Shown here one piece after another: positions 48,060 to 61,711 of a stretch of DNA of 64,000 nt. The stretch is from Trichodelitschia bisporula (lineage: Eukaryota), in contig ML996691.1 in assembly GCA_010356995.1 (NCBI GenBank), forward strand, positions 1 to 64,000. Direction: 5' to 3'. The translations under genes were made by a program, and so were the position numbers. Numbering within the stretch: the stretch's first letter is position 1; each line of letters starts with the position of its first letter. The notes under the pieces were generated by a model. The model saw only the letters and a program-made list of their open reading frames with translations. It had not been told where the DNA came from and made no database searches.

Positions 48060-50638
48060 ATGGCGCCGCATCCCTACGCCCCCGTCACCGCAGAGGCCGA
48101 CCTCCTCATTCCCATGGACGAGAAGTTCGAGCCCCTCGAGGAGCGCCCCCGCTGGAGCCGCAAGGTCGCCGGAGTCTTTGGCGTTGCCACCCTCGCGTTA
48201 ATCGGCTTCTGCGCCGTGGCTGGAGGTACGTTTACGCCTAGCAGAGTAGCGAGTAAGGCTAACCGCCCCAGCACGCATGAAAAACTGCGCGCACCATCCC
48301 ACGCCGACCAAGTTCGCCCGCGTCGTGGAGGACATCGGCACCGCCCCGCCAGCCCCGCACTCGTCCGTCCGCCGGTTTGCAGACGCGAATGCTACGTGTA
48401 CCACTGCGACCTGCCTCGCCTGGGCCGCGGGCATGAAAGCCAACCTCGCGCCGAACTACACCGCCATCGACCCGTGCACCAACTTCGACGACTACGTGTG
48501 CGGCGGGTGGCGCGCGTCGCACGACTACCGCGCGTCGCAGAGCAGCGTGTCCGTCGGCAGCGTCATGGACGACGTGAGCCGCGACCTGCTGCACGCCATT
48601 CTCGAGGCGCCGTATGCGGAGAACGCGACGTTTGCCGGTGCGGCCAGGGCGGTGGATAAGGAGAACTTTGCCAAGATGCAGACTGCGTACAAGACGTGCT
48701 TGGATGAGGATAGGATTAGGGCGGCGGGGGTGGAGCCGTTGAGGAAGATTCTGGCGGAGTTTGACGCGGTGTTTCCGCTTGAGAAGCCGAAGGATGCTGG
48801 GGCGGATGAGTTGACGCAGACGCATATCTGGCTAATGCGCAATGGCGTTGGCGGCTTTGTGAGTGCTGAGCCTGAAGTAAGTCCCCCATTTTCCCCGCTG
48901 ATGCTGTGTCTAAGATACGTGCGCGTGCGAAGGCGGATGATAAGAGTCCGGATGAGAATGTGATTTTTGTGGGTGGGGGAGATGTTGGGCTGCCGAGTAA
49001 GGAGTACTACGATAAGAAGGCTGTGGTGGCGAATTACACCCGCACAATGGCGCAGATGGCGACGATTATCAAGACCGGCGTGCCGATTACGAATGAGACG
49101 ATTACGAAGCCGGTCGACCAGGCCCTGCTCGACGAAGCGGCCAAGATCGTCGAGCTCGAGGCACGCATCGCACGCGCATCGCCGGATCGGGACACGGTCG
49201 GCAAAGTCACAGTAAGTCCTCTCCCCCGTCGCGCCCGCCACCGCCGCTGACAAGCAGTACTACTACAACCCGTCCACGCCCGAAGCCATCGAAAAACTCG
49301 TCCCAGAGATCCACCTACGCACCTACCTCGCCGCCAACCTGCCCGCCAACTACACCGTGAAGCGGGTGATTCTCAGCGACCCGTGGTACTTCGGCAACCT
49401 CTCCTCTATCCTAACCAGTACGCCGCGGCCGGTCCTCCACGCCTATTTCCGTTCCCGCCTGGTGAGTTCCTGGGCTGGGCGCCTGCATAAGGATTTCAGG
49501 TACCCGGCGAAGGCGTTTGGGAATGCGCTCGCGGGGCGCAATCCGGATGCTGAGGCTGAGCGCTGGCGTACGTGTCTCAGCGAGGTGGACGGCACGCTCG
49601 GGTGGCTGCTTTCCGCCGCCTACGTCGAGCGGGCATTTTCCCCAGAGGCCAAGGAGCTGGGCGATCGGATTGTGCGGGATATTAAGAATATCTTCTCCGA
49701 GCGGCTGAAGGGGTTCGATTGGATGAGCGACGCGGTCAAAACGGCGGCGGCGAAGAAGGTGGTCAATATTATCCAGAAGGTTGGGTATCCGACTGCTAGC
49801 CCGAATGTCATGGATCCGGAGGATCTGCGGAAGTGGTATGCGAAGCTGGAGGTTGGCGAAAGCTACTTCGAGAATGGGCGCGCGTATGGCAATTTCGGCC
49901 GTGAGAAGGCGTGGGCCGACTTTTTGAAGCCGGTGGATCGGAATCGTTGGGGCATGGTGGGTACCCTCGCCCCCCTACTGTCTCTCCTGACTAACGTGCC
50001 GCCAGACTGCCCCGACCGTCAACGCCTACTACTCTCCCTCCGGCAACGAAATCGTCTTCCCAGCCGGCATAATGCAGCTCCCCGTCTTCGGCGTCGACCT
50101 GCCGGAATACGTCTCCTACGGCGCGTTCGGCAGCGTCGCGGGCCACGAACTGACGCACGGGTTCGACAACGACGGGAGCCACTACGATGAAACCGGGAAG
50201 TATGCGGAGTGGTGGGATAACACCACGCTGGCGAACTTCGACGCCCGCACGCAGTGCTTCGTGGACCAGTACTCGAAGTTCACGATCCCGGGGCTGGACG
50301 GCGAGCCGCTGCATATCAACGGCCGCCTCACATTAGGCGAAAACATCGCCGACGCTGGCGGGCTGACGGCTAGCTACAGTGCGTGGAAGAAGAGGGATGC
50401 GGCGAAGGCGGATTTACTGATTCCCGGGTTGGAGAAGTGGTCCAAGGAGCAGCTTTTCTTTGTGAGTTATGCGAATTGGTGGTGTGGGAAGGTGAGGCCG
50501 GCGCAGGCGGTGAATTATGTGTATACGGATGCGCATAGTCCGGCGGATAAGCGAATTTTGGGGACGATGGCGAATTCGAAGGGGTTTAGGGAGGCGTTTA
50601 ATTGCCCGACGAAGCAGCCTACTTGTGAATTGTGGTAG
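48060..50638 (+). CDS. M13 neprilysin/endothelin-converting-enzyme-like zinc metallopeptidase
   Basis: Introns 48226-48271, 48877-48932, 49212-49254/57, 49957-50005. N-terminal TM, DPCTNFDDYVCGGW, VNAYY, GHELTHGFD (HExxH), GENIAD, HSP, terminal CELW. Confidence 0.94.
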
Positions 50639-51034
50639 GGGGTGGTGGAAGTGAGGGAGGCGAAGAGAAGGGGTAGAGTGGTGAAGTAGAATTCCTAGCA
50701 GTATTCCTCGATTGATGTGTCTGAGTTCTCGTATTCTTAATATGCTGTCCAGCCCCGGACCGGTCGTATATGATCTCGGCCCGTGCGGTCGCCCGGCCTC
50801 GTAGCGATATTGCCCAGCCGAGCAGAGTGGTCACTGCCGGAATACGGACGTCTCCTAGCGAGCCGACGCGGGATCTAGGGCTGGCACTTTGGATCTATGA
50901 ACCGACACGCATCCCGGATTGCGGTTCGGCCGTACTGGCGGCGCATCTACTCCGCTCATATTCCAGTGAGTCCCATCGCGCGCGCGATGTAATCGTGGTC
51001 ATATGCATCCTCGACTTTCCCATCGCTCGTCGCG

Positions 51035-52827
51035 ATGCCCTCATGTACCGTCTTCCTCACGCTATCGCTTTTCCTACAGCTAGTAATTGCCCTAAAGCGA
51101 GAAGCTAAAGCCGTACTCTCTGTCCATCTCTGCCTCGCTCCCGAGCTAACAGCTTAGTACCTCCCTAATTCACCCCCGGAATCAGCTTGGTCCACCCTCT
51201 CCACCTCCCTCACCAACCCCCTAATCACCACCACCCTCCCCTTCGCCCCTTGCCATGCTCCTAATCCAGACCAGCCCACCTGCATCGCCGCAGCTCGAAC
51301 ATCAACCTACGACCACCCCGCCCTCATCCGCTCAGACTGGTGGACAGGCTGGACCTGTCCCACCACTTACTCCCCTATCACAAACTGCACCCTCGGCGCC
51401 TACCCCTCCCGCGTCGTTCGCGCAACCTCCGAAGCAGACATCATCGCCGCCCTCCGCTTCGCCACAAAATGGCGCGTACGCATCGCAATCAAAAACACAG
51501 GCCACGACTTCCTCGGCCGCAACATCGGCTACGAATCTCTAAGCATCTGGACCCACCACCTCCGCGGCATATCCTTCTCCGCCAACTGGACTCCCCCCTC
51601 CGCACCGCCGGACTGGCCTCCGGAAAGCGTAGTCCACGTCTCAGCCGGCGAACCCTGGCGCGCCGTGTCCCGCGCTGCGTATGCCGCCGGTAAACTCGTC
51701 GTCGGAGGCGCGAATCCGGATGTTGGTGCGGCGGGGGGGTGGATTTTGGGGGGTGGGCATAGTCCGCTGAGTACGGCGTTTGGGCTGGGGGTTGATCAGG
51801 TGCGTGCTATGAGGGTGGTTCTGCCTAACGGCACGGCCGTAACCGCGTCTCCGTTTAGCTGTCCCGATGTGTTTTGGGCGCTGCGCGGGGGCGGGGGCGG
51901 CACGTTCGGCGTGCTCACGCAGGTGACGTACCGCACGCACGACCCTGGGTCCCTACATGCCGTGCGGCTGGTGGCGACGCCGGGCGAGGGTGATTTTGTA
52001 GCCGCGATGGCATGGGTGCTTGGGTTAGCTGGGGAATGGGCGGAGAAGGGAGTGGGGGGGTATCCGATCCTGCACGCGGGGCGGTATGAGGGGGTTTTTA
52101 TCGCGCCGGGCGTGGAGAGGGGTGTGTTGGACTCCCTATTTGCGGAGGTGGTGGCGGGGTTGAGGGAGAGGGGTGTGCTGGCCAGTGTGACTCCGTTTGA
52201 TAGTGGCATTGTGAGCTGGATGCTCGGCAACTCCGCCATTCCACACGCGGGGACTGGTTTAAAGACAGGGACGGGGGTTATGGGCTCGCGGTTACTGAGT
52301 CGGGAGGCGTTGGCGGATGAAGAGCGTGTAGCGGAGGTGCTGAGGCGGGCGTTTGAGGGGGGGTATATTGTTGAACCGTTCGTTGTAGCGGGGGGCGCGG
52401 TGGGGAAGACCGGGGCGGAAGAGATGGGAATTAATCCGGATTGGAGGGGCGCGGTTATGCATCTTACGCTGCTGGATGGGGGGAGTGATGCGTACAACCA
52501 GACGGGGAAAGTGGTGGAGGCGTATGCGCGAATGCAGGATGATATGGTCCCGTTGCTGGAGAGGTTGGGGGGGAATAAGGGGGCGTATGTTAATGAGGTG
52601 AGTTGGACCTACGGGTGGGATAAGGAGGAGGCTGATGGGGACAGGCATCGTACCGCGAGCCGGACTGGCAGGAGACCTTCTGGGGCGCGAATTATCCGCG
52701 CTTGCTGGAGATCAAGCGCGCGTTGGATCCGAATAACACGCTGTGGTGTTATCCGTGTGTGGGGTCGGAGGCGCTGGTACTGGAGCCGGATGGGAAGTTG
52801 TATTACCCGGAGGAGAGGGAAGGATAG
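51035..52827 (+). CDS. Secreted FAD-linked oxidoreductase (VAO/BBE-like)
   Basis: Exons 51035-51112 (signal peptide), 51158-52597, 52645-52827. Motifs IKNTGHDFLGR, GGWILGGGHSPLS..FGLGVDQV, FWALRGGGGGTFG, YVNEA, FWGANYPRLLEIKRALDP. Confidence 0.88.
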
Positions 52828-52987
52828 AGGCAGACTCAGATATGAAGGCGTAGAGGCTGGATGGCAGATTAGCAGCACGAGGCAGTATTCACACCCACTG
52901 CCAACGACGGCGCTGAAACAAGGCGTATATATCCCTTCGCCTTCCGCTAGCCAACCCGCCACCCAATGCCCCAGAAGAGATATGGTA

Positions 52988-55900
52988 TCATACACTCGCA
53001 CTATACCCCCTCGGCCCTTCCTTCACCCTCTTCAGATACTTCCTCCCCTCATCCGCCCAAAAAACACAACTCGCCAGCACCACCAACAACCCCAAGTCCC
53101 CGAGCCCCAGCGCCTCAGTCTGAAAAATCCTCTGCAGCGGGGGCGCATAAATAACCAGCCCCTGCCCGACCAAACTCCCCGCAACGGCATAGTTGAACAT
53201 CTTGTTCTCGAACACGCCGATCTCGCCCCGAAGTACCGATTTGGCTTCGGACCGGCAGGTGAGCGCGTTGAACATGTCGAACAGCACGAAGCACGTGAAG
53301 GTCATGGTTGTGTCGCGGGCCGTGACTTTGCCGTCGGCGCTCATTTCGCGGATGTAGATGGCGAGCGTGCCGAGCATGATGATGGCGGCGGACTGGAAGA
53401 CGCGTTGCAGCAGGGCGCGGGTGAGGATGCGCGCGTGGCGGTCGCGGGGGGGGCGGGACATGACGGCGGGGTCGACGGGTTCGACGCCGAGGGATTGCGC
53501 GGGGGGGCCATCCATGAGGATATCTAGACGCATTAGCATGTCCAGTATCAAAAAGAGAGGGAAAAAACGTACTGATCCACAGAATCTGCATCGCATTAAG
53601 CGGATTCTTGAACCCAAACACCGTGCTAATAAGCACCAGACTCAGCGCCGCCGCGCTGGTACTCAACTGAAACGTCAAAAAGTTCTGAATGTTGTAAAAG
53701 ATCCCCTTCCCCTCCTCAATCGCATTGAGAATCGTCGAGAAGTCGTCGTCCGTGAGAATCATATCCGCCGCCTCCTTCGCCACATCCGTCCCCATTTTCC
53801 CCATCGAGATCCCAATATCTGCCTTCTTCAGCGCGGGCGCATCATTGACCCCATCCCCCGTCATAGCCACGACATCACCGCGCGCCTGCAGCGCCCGCAC
53901 AATCTTCAGTTTATGCTCCGGGCTCGTCCGCGCAAAGATCGTCGTCGTGGCAATCGCCTGCGCCAGCTCCTGGTCCGTCATGCGGTCGAGCTGGTCGCCG
54001 CGCAGCACGCTGTGACCAAGCGAACTGCCTACTGGAATACCCAGTTTGCGCCCAATTGCAATCGCCGTGTTCTCCGCGTCGCCCGTAATCATCTTGACCT
54101 TGACGCCGCCCGCCATGAGCCGGCGAATCGAGCGGTCGACGCCCTTGCGCGGCGGGTCGTTCATGCCCACCAGCCCCGCAAACACGAGCCCGTGGTACAC
54201 ATCCTCGTCCTTGGTGCCCTTGGCCGGCGTGAATACCGCGGACGCAGGCGTCGAGTTCCCACTCCGCGACGAGCGGATCGACGAGCTGACGCGCGAGTCG
54301 CGGATAGCCCCGCTCGCAAAGCCGAGCACTCGGAGACCCTCGTTGGCCATAGCATCGGCCGCGGCAATAGCCTCGGAGCGGCACTTCTGATCCAAAATGA
54401 TTTCGCGCCCGTCGGCGGCAATGTACGTATCGCAGCGCAGGAGCACCTGCTCGAGCGCGCCCTTAATGTAGGCAAAGTCCGAGCCGGAGGTGTCTTCCGA
54501 CCCTTGGATCACGACGCCCATCCACTTGCGCTCGGAGCTAAAGGGCGTTTCAAAGCGGCGCGTGCCGATGCGGCTGCGCACGTCGTCCTCGCCAAAGGCG
54601 TCTAGGAGGTCGAGGAGCGCTACGTCTGTGGGCTGGCCGGCCCAGCGGCTCTTTGCCAGCGCATCGTCGCCGAGGTTGGAGAGGACGGAGGCAGTCGAGC
54701 CGCTGCCGACGAGGCGGCCGTGGTTGACGATGTTGCCGATGCGGAGGATGGTGCGGGTGGGCGAGTCGAGCGATGTTGAGCCTTGCTTGTGCGTGACGTC
54801 CATGGGTTTCTTTTCGTCGAAGTGCCACAGCTTGGTGACGGTCATGTGGTTGGCGGTCAGGGTGCCCGTCTTGTCGGTACAAACTACGTTGACGGATCCG
54901 AGTGTCTCGACGCTGGGCAGTCGGCGCACGATGGCGTCACGCTTCGACATGCGCAGTACGCCGAGCGCGAGTGTGACGGTAACAATGATTGGCAGGCCCT
55001 CGGGAATAGCCGCTACGGCGAGGGAAACGCCAATCTGGAACATCTCGAGAAACTCCCATCCCCGCCACAGCCCGAGGATCATGATAAACGCAATGACGCC
55101 GAACGACATGTAGCTCAAGTCCTTGCCGAGACGGTCCATTGACAGCTGTAGCGGTGTGCGCGGGCTCTCGATTTCTTGCAATGATGCCGAAATAGCGCCG
55201 AATTCCGTGTTGCCGCCCGTGCCGATAACAATGCCCTGTCCGTAGCCGGAGCGAACTAACGTCCCCATAAAGGCGATGTTGTGCTGGTCGTTGAGCCGGA
55301 TATCGGCGCCCACGGTGCCCGTCGCTGGCGACGCGTAGAACGGCGTCTGTGTGCCGGAAGGGCCACTCGACGCCAGTTGGTCCGGCACCTTGTGGACCGC
55401 CTCATTCTCGCCCGTCAGGTTCGACTCGTCAATGGCAAGGTCTGCCGCGTGTGTGATGCGGATGTCGGCGGGGATGCGGTCACCTGTGTGGAAGAGTACC
55501 AAGTCGCCCGGTACCAGCTGCGACGCCGGGACCGTCGTCGAAAGGGTTTCGGCTGCCTCCAGAGACTCCTGTGTGTCGAGCACCTCCAGCTCAACATCCC
55601 CCTCTTTCGGTTGCGGCGAGCGCACGCGCAGTTGGCCGTCGTTGCGGATAATGTGGGCAAAGTGCGGCACAAGTGAGTTGAGCGCCTCTAAGGACTTTTC
55701 CGAGCGGTACTCCTGCACGAAGCCGACTGTGACAACGATGGTGACGGCTACGGCTATGCTGACTGCATCCTCGAGGTTGCCCATGAGGAAGGATATGGCC
55801 GCCGATCCGAGCAGTAGTAATATCAGTGTCTCCTTGAACTGCTTCACGAAACGTAACCAAAGCGGCTCTGGCTCCTCGTGCGGCAGCTCGTTCGAGCCAT

Positions 55901-56153
55901 GGGTGAGAAGACGCGCGGTCGCCTCCGAATGTGTAAGCCCATGCTTGAGGGAAGTCGTCAGGCGGTCGACCGTCTGCTGTGGGGTCAACTGTGAGAACTC
56001 GGATGTGGTGTTCTAGGCAGGTAAGCGGCGCGACGCGACGGAAAACGGCAAGCTTACAGAGGCGCCTGGCCGGCGCACGGCGGGCAGCGGCGACGACGAG
56101 CGCGAGGCCGAGGCATGTGGAAGAGGAAGACTCGGAGTTGCCGCTCTGGACAT
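52988..56153 (-). CDS. PMR1: Golgi Ca2+/Mn2+ P-type ATPase (SPCA)
   Basis: Exons 56153-56058, 56012-53573, 53523-52988. Motifs [58 protein letters not shown]. Confidence 0.96.
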
Positions 56154-56803
56154 TCTTTCATGCCTGGCGTGAAACTACGGGGGTGTATTGCGGCGAGTTT
56201 GCAGCAAAGGAGGTTGCGCAGGCGAGGCGCTTCCTTGAAGGGATGGGGGGTCGGTCAGACGGCAATTAGGTGCATTGGAAGGCAGGCAATGAAGAACAAG
56301 TACGAAAGAAGAGGTGGACAAGAAGTCGCGGGTCAATAGGGGCGTTCTATTCACAATGAAAGGAGATGTAACGCATGGTGTTGGAACGCATGAAGCAACA
56401 CATCTCACCCACCAAGCGCCGTTCTCGTGAATGCCTTAGGCATTACGTCCAAGGGGCTGTGTGTCTTGGCCCCGAGCTTATGTCATCCAGTGCCTTGCTG
56501 CCCTGAAACCGTGGCCGGGTTCGGCTCTTATCCCGAGGGGCACGTGACCGGCGCCAGCCACTGGCTCGCGGCCAAAACAACAAGTCGCCCATCGCCAACC
56601 ACCCACATCCCGTCGCATTCACCACCCTAAGACGTCGCGTCAACGTCCACGGCCACAACGTGCAACGCTCTTCTTAGCAGCATTAATTTAGCTGCCCCTC
56701 TTGCCTGCGCATACGCTTCCATCGGCAGCGGGCGTCTCCCGCGACTCATCGGTCCGTCGCGTCAGCCACACCAGAACGCGCCAACTGACCCCTCACCGCG
56801 ACC

Positions 56804-58785
56804 ATGTTCTATTCGGACACGCTCCTATCGAAGACCGGGCCGCTGGCTCGCGTCTGGCTTGCTTCCAACATGGAGCGCAAGCTCTCCAAGAAGGACTGCC
56901 TTCAGAGCGATCTCTCGGACAGCATTCACGTCATGGTCGACCAAGGATCCGCGCCCATGGCCCTGCGTCTCAGCGGGCAGCTGCTGCTCGGCGTCGTGCG
57001 TATCTACAGTCGCAAGGCGCGCTACCTGCTGGAAGACTGCAATGAGGCGTTGCTGAAGATCAAAATGGTGCGCATTGTGTGAGGTCATGTCTTGATTCAA
57101 ATCTAATCGTGCAGGCTTTCCGTCCCGGCAACGTCGACCTCCCGGCGGACCAATCACATACGGCCAATCCTACCACACTCATGCTCCCCGACGTACTCAC
57201 CGAGATGGACCTGCTCGCGCCAATGCCTGACCCGGAGCTGCTGTTCGCCGAGCCGGAGGTCGGCCGCGGTGGACTCGCCGACGCCACCCTCGACTGGGGC
57301 ACGCAAACCATGCTTACGAGCAGCATTGAGCACCGCTCCGAGTCGACAGTCTTGCCCATGGACGACCTCGATCTTGACCTCGGCGAGGATGAGCGTAGCA
57401 TTGAGATTGGCCGGCGTGAATCCCGCGTGCTGACTGACTACCCGGCCGATGAATCCATGAAGCTGTACGACGACAACCTCGACCTCGACCTTGGCGAAGA
57501 ACCTACCATCACTGAACATGAACATGCGCCCGAGCGGCTGCCCGAAATGGATGTGGACATGGAGGACATCGGGATGGAGCCTGAAACGACGCTCGGGCTG
57601 GGTGATCTCCCGGAACTTGTGGCGGACACGGGTGCTGAGCCTGGTCTTGCCACCTCCGCTGAGCCTGAGCCACGTGAGCGCGAATCCCTCTCTCCTCTTT
57701 CGGACATGCGCCCCAGCGTGGAGCGCAACCTTGAAGCTGCCTTCAATGAAACGACGGTTTCAATGTTTGAGCCCGCCGTGGAGGAGGAAGAGTCGCTTCA
57801 GGAAGCTGCTGCGCGCGTGAAGCGGCGCAAGGTGCTGCGCCAGGATGCGGATACAGAGATCCACAGCAGTCAGATTCGCGCTCAGCAAACCGACCGCTCT
57901 AAGATCCTCAAGGCCGCTTCCTTCCTCCCCCGCGATCCGATGCTTCTGGCTCTCATGAACCTGCAGAAGTCTGGTGGCTTTATTAGCTCTATCCTCGGTG
58001 ACGGTCGTGCTCTTGCTTGGGCCCCGGAACTGCGCGATGTGCTCTCCGTCGCTGTGGTCAAGCGCTCCGGCGACCTGAAGCGCAAGCGCGACAGCGGCGA
58101 GCGCGGCGCCCCAGCCGAAGAACCCGTCTCGCGTCAACAGACCCCCCGCCTTGAATTCGAAGAAGAACCCACGCTGCACTCACCCCCGCGCGACCTCGGT
58201 CTCGACACGACGGAAGACCTGCCAGGTCCGGTCGAGGAACTCCCGTCCGATCTGGGCGTACACGCACCCTCAGTCACTGGCAACGGCGACGACGGCCCTG
58301 GACATGCGCTTGAGGAAGAGATGGGTGCGCCCCATACGCCGCCCGCCGACTTCGACGAAACGACTATGCCGCTGCTGCATCCTGAGGACGATGGGCCGAT
58401 TAGCCAGGGTACGCGTCATGCTGTGCACCTTCTGCGCGATCACTTCGGACCTGGTGGGGCGGACAGCGCTGAGGAGCGCCGTGCTGTGAGTGTGCTTTTC
58501 CAGGACTTGCTGCCTGAGCGCCGGACTAGCAAGTCTGATGCTACGCGGTTGTTCTTCGAGGTTCTGGTCCTGGCTACCAAGGATGCGGTCAAGGTTGAGC
58601 AGGATAGGAAGGTGCTCGGCGGACCGATCCGCATTCGTGGGAAGAGGGGATTGTGGGGAGCGTGGGCAGAGGAGAAGACCGGTGGGGAAACGGAGACGCA
58701 GCGCGAGGATCAGGAGCAGGAGGTGAACACTTAGGCTCCTGTACTTGAGGTTGCGGACTGACAGCAGCAGGCGACTAATGCTTAG
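56804..58785 (+). CDS. RAD21: Cohesin kleisin subunit Rad21/Scc1/Mcd1
   Basis: Exons 56804-57067 and 57115-58722, plus a probable tiny last exon to 58785 (unspliced stop at 58734). Motifs MFYSDTLLSKTGPLARVWLA, ALRLSGQLLLGVVRIYSRKARYLLEDC, C-terminal ATRLFFEVLVLAT. Confidence 0.95.
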
Positions 58786-59560
58786 TCTTCTGTGCCACTA
58801 AGGGTGAGGACTGTACGGCTCAGAGCACTGGATACGTGCTCTCGCGGGCGTGGCGTTACGGACTGCTTAAGGGCAAGGGAGGCGTGTATGAGTTATGCGA
58901 TTGCTATGCTGTGGTGGTTTGCGGTGGTGGGGCTGCTTCCTTGTGTGCTGGGTGTGCTCTAGTTCTGGGGCCTAGGCGTAGGGAATGAAAATCGATGATA
59001 AGCGCTATCTTGCGGCGATGGTGACTGGGACGGATGATGGAGGTGCTTTAATCTATCTACTGTACTGACTCTCTCGACGCTTTTTCGCCATAGACTGACA
59101 GGCCAACGACAACCACAACCACAACGAGGAATAGTTAGATGCCCAAACTTGGTCTGCAGGTATGACTCAATATTTGGAGTTTGTCTAGCAAGATTGTTAG
59201 TCTGTTCTGTTCTGTTTTGTTGCAAATTAATCACCTTTTTCTAGTCCCAACGCATGATCTATTTTACTTCCGCCTGTGGTGCTCGAAACTGGGGGAGTGG
59301 ATAGAGAGCTGGATGCTGAGCATGAGGAACGGAATCTGGAGAGTCGCTATACTTCTAAGCAAGGTCTGAGAGGCGCCCTTTCACCTTTTACTCTCATTCC
59401 AGTGGTGAACAGTAACATGCAATATCAAGTAATGGCACAATGACCTAAGCGGAGTGGTGATTCACGTAGCAAGGCTGTCAGGGCCGGTTCAACGTTCTTC
59501 CGGGTCGCTAACGTCAACTGTGGAAACGGCCGTGTTCTTCACCAACACTCCACATCCTCC

Positions 59561-61359
59561 ATGCCACCCATCCTCACCAGTGCCCTTGCCCGGTGGCGCA
59601 TAGCATCTTTTGTTTGTGCAAGCCAGCGGCATGCCTCTACCCCGCCGCCGCCGCTCCGCAAGCAGTTAAAAGACGAAGCGAAGCGTAAACGGGCGACGCC
59701 TGCGCAAACCGCAAATCCGCACCGCATAAAGCCCGGCTGGGAGTTGACTGTCGGCATCGAAATACACGCGGAGCTCAATACCGCACGAAAACTGTTTTCT
59801 ACCGCCTCAGCAGAGCCAGCGGCTGAACCGAATACGAATGTTGCACTATTTGACCTCGCATATCCGGGCACCCAGCCGCACTTCCAGCCAGCGACGCTCG
59901 TGCCGGCGATCAGGGCAGCGTTAGCGCTAGGCTGCCAGATCCAGCGGAAGAGCGGTTTTGACCGGAAGCATTACTTCTATCAGGACCAGCCGAACGGGTA
60001 CCAGATCACGCAGTACTATGGTGAGTAAACGCCGCCTTTCACGTGCCTGTGCTCACAGAGCAGAACCATTCGCCAAAGACGGCAGCCTGACGCTGTATGA
60101 CTACGATGGCATCGCGCCGGAGGACGGCCAGGCCATCACCATCGGCATCAAGCAGGTGCAGATGGAGCAGGACACGGCGAAGACGCTGCAGCAGGGCTCA
60201 ACTTTCCTGCTCGACTTCAACCGCGTGTCGCACCCGCTCGTCGAGATCATCACGCTGCCGCATATCCACCACCCAGCCACAGCCGCCGCTTGTGTGCGCA
60301 AGATCCAGGCCATTCTGAAGTCCGTCAACGCCGTGACCGCGGGTATGGAGCTTGGCGGCCTGCGCGCCGACGTCAATGTCTCCGTGCGGCGGACAGATAC
60401 CACGGGTTCGGATACACACTCCTACCACGGCGTCACGGGGCTGGGCCAACGCACCGAGATCAAGAATCTTAGCAGCTTCAAAGCCGTCGAGGACGCTATT
60501 GTGGCGGAGCGCGATCGGCAAATCGCCGTGCTCGAGAAGGGTGGCGTTGTGGAGGGGGAGACGCGCGGGTGGACGCTTGGGAACAGTGAGACGCGGAAGC
60601 TACGCGGCAAGGAGGGCGAGGTTGATTATCGGTACATGCCGGATCCGGATCTTCCGCCGGTGATTATTGGAGATGAGCTGGTTGCCCGGTTGAGAGAGAC
60701 GCTGCCTGCGCTTCCGGACGAATTGAGCGACGAGTTGACGACCAAGTTTGGGCTCACGATTAAGGACGCGAAGACGCTATTGTCGCTCGATGATGGGGAC
60801 CGGCTCGACTACTATTTTGATGTGGTGGATCAGTTGGGTGGTCATGCGGACAGCGGCCGTGTCGCAGGCAATTGGTGAGTTCTCTTTCTTCTATGCTTCC
60901 GCCTTTACCGGGTTCAGCTAACATCTCAGGGTGCTTCACGAGTTGGGCGGCCTGTTCTCAAAGGCCGAAGCGACATGGGACTCGATACGTGTGCCATCAG
61001 CAACGCTCGCGCGCATCGTGTCTGGTGTGCTGAGTTCGACGCTCACAGGCGCATCGGGAAAGAAGCTTCTCAGTCTTATCTTCAGCGGGGATGCGCGCAG
61101 CGTAGATACCATTATTAAGGAGGAGGGCATGGCGGTCCAGCCCATCGACGACGCCGTGTACACCGCCGCGGTGGAGCGCGTGCTTGCTACCAATCCTGAT
61201 GTGGTCGAGGCAGTAGTGCGCAGGGGCCAGACTGGGAAAGTGATGTGGTTTGTGGGACAGGCGCTCCGGGCATTGGCCGCCGGGGGAGTGGCCCACGCCC
61301 GACCGGAACGGGTCAAGGAGGTGGTTTTACAGGCTCTGGACGCGAGCAGGAAGGAATGA
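59561..61359 (+). CDS. PET112: Mitochondrial glutamyl-tRNA(Gln) amidotransferase subunit B
   Basis: Exons 59561-60020, 60064-60874, 60930-61359. Arg-rich presequence, [58 protein letters not shown]. Confidence 0.95.
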
Positions 61360-61440
61360 GTTGCCTTCCTGCCTTATATGGTTTGGTATGTGCGTGGGCG
61401 GTGGCCTTGCGTTGCCGCCTGATCTTGCTGGTTATCGATT

Positions 61441-61524
61441 ATATACCACAGGCCAAGACCTGGACTCCGACAACGGGAGCGATATACAGCACAGGCCAAG
61501 ACCTGGACTCCGACAATGCGAGCG
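61441..61524. repeat. Tandem 41/43-bp duplication
   Basis: CACAGGCCAAGACCTGGACTCCGACAA exact at 61447-61473 and 61490-61516; partial third copy CTCCGACAATGGGAGCG at 61586-61602. Confidence 0.9.
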
Positions 61525-61711
61525 TCGATACCGGCCAATGGCCATATATTTCTGCCAGCGCTTGACGCCGGCTATACTCCGGGTCCTCCGACAATGGGAG
61601 CGCCGACAATAGGATCCCTGCCAGGGAGACTCCAGACGGAGAGTATATATCCTAGAGATCTTTCTCTCTTCTACTTCTCCGCCTCGTACGCAATACACAA
61701 CAGCGAACATC

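Noticed and set aside
52598..53527. Apparent 620-aa FAD oxidase overlapping PMR1
   Set aside because: Read-through of an intron (52598-52644); the spliced gene stops at 52827.
53358..54605. 415-aa plus-strand ORF, and similar long ORFs at 1410-2084, 13899-15173, 17706-18752, 28720-29529, 41044-41943 and 44452-45312
   Set aside because: Antisense or off-frame shadows of well-supported genes in GC-rich DNA; no motifs.
61441..61610. CRISPR-like repeat-spacer appearance
   Set aside because: Eukaryotic context, only two full copies, related 'spacers' and no cas genes; a simple tandem duplication.
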